From an uncultured Candidatus Peribacteria bacterium (GTDB lineage Bacteria; Patescibacteriota; Gracilibacteria; Absconditabacterales; Absconditicoccaceae), in assembly GCA_964455295.1 (NCBI GenBank), contig CAYVXG010000003.1, positions 8,612-44,909 of the forward strand: DNA of 36,298 nucleotides, read 5' to 3'. The notes under the pieces were generated by a model. It ran no database searches and was not told where the DNA came from. It saw nothing but the letters and a program-made list of their open reading frames with translations. Positions 35,823-36,298 of the stretch are shown piece after piece. Each line of letters starts with the position of its first letter. The stretch's first letter is position 1. The translations under genes and the position numbers were made by a program.

Positions 35823-36298
35823 ATGGTAGCAATTGCAGGAAGAAGAAAACAATCAAACAACACCCTTTACTTAATATTATTCGGATTAATCGGAGCGATT
35901 TTTGCGATACGATATTTGGTAAGTGGAGGTAATGAACAGACAATTGATGAAGATATTTTAGATATAAGTGGAACAGATATAAGTGGTAGTTATGATTCTA
36001 TGCTTTCTGGAGAATATGGAAGTGAAGATGATATCTATGGAGATGATGATAACCGATTGATTGATGATCTCAATTCTGGAAATATAGATGCTGGAGTGGC
36101 TCCAACAACTGGATCGGCTGTAGGAACTCAAACTGGAACTACAGTGGTAGTAGTGGAAGAACCAACAACAACTCCAACACCAACACCTACCCCAGAACCA
36201 ACAAGAGTAAGCAGTTCTCCATCATTGGTAAGTACTGGAGGGGTAGTATTTAATTCTACAAGAGGTGGATATGCAATCAATTTCCCTTCAAAAGGAAT
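35823..36298 (+). CDS. membrane-anchored protein with acidic and Thr/Pro-rich linker (partial, runs off the window end)
   Basis: ATG 35823 (MVAIAGRRKQSNNTLYLILFGLIGAIFAIRYL...). The frame stays open to the window edge. It has an N-terminal TM anchor, then a D/E/G-rich region and TTTPTPTPTPEPT. It is not in the track because it has no stop. Confidence 0.65.
   Translation, partial: MVAIAGRRKQSNNTLYLILFGLIGAIFAIRYLVSGGNEQTIDEDILDISGTDISGSYDSMLSGEYGSEDDIYGDDDNRLIDDLNSGNIDAGVAPTTGSAVGTQTGTTVVVVEEPTTTPTPTPTPEPTRVSSSPSLVSTGGVVFNSTRGGYAINFPSKG

Overview
This is an AT-rich 36.3 kb chromosomal segment that is only interpretable under translation table 25 (TGA = Gly), which points to an Absconditabacteria (SR1) or Gracilibacteria-type CPR genome. 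The supplied ORF track uses the standard code and therefore shreds most genes. Fragments that lie in the same frame and are separated only by TGA were merged by hand. TAA or TAG terminates every merged ORF, and TGA falls on universally conserved glycines in RecJ, PNPase, L27, RNR, LepA and MscS.

Gene content, left to right:
- recJ, an HD phosphohydrolase, and a decayed 23S-rRNA 5' relic.
- Two secreted proteins with a Bacteroidota flavour, one an HExxH protein with a T9SS-type C-terminal sorting domain.
- About 0.95 kb of gene debris.
- A very AT-rich and TGA-rich six-gene nucleotide-metabolism island: class II RNR, P-loop nucleotide kinase, Nudix, CYTH, a GHMP-like protein with a possible wHTH tail, and an NYN nuclease.
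- On the minus strand: a sugar-phosphate nucleotidyltransferase; lepA lacking its GTPase domain; a T4SS-pilin-like (VirB2/TrbC-type) gene; rpmF; rpmA; and uvrB lacking its C-terminal helicase domain.
- A PG-binding protein and a PilN/O-like protein.
- A 1.9 kb non-coding tract with eight same-strand hairpin-terminators. Three have their own promoters and are candidate sRNA genes. The tract is interrupted by an intact IS1595-family element with an 8-bp target duplication.
- mscS, a type IV pilin, dnaK preceded by a CIRCE-like repeat, and a ParB/DGQHR-motif mini-island.
- tatD, two large paralogous polytopic membrane proteins (694 and 885 aa, VirB6/TrbL-like topology), pnp, and a partial membrane-anchored protein.

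The most interesting items are the paralogous giant membrane-protein pair together with the T4SS-type pilin, the tandem promoter/hairpin array, the nucleotide island, and the two domain-truncated housekeeping genes that flank one 1.5 kb block. All homology calls come from motif recognition by eye. No searches were run.
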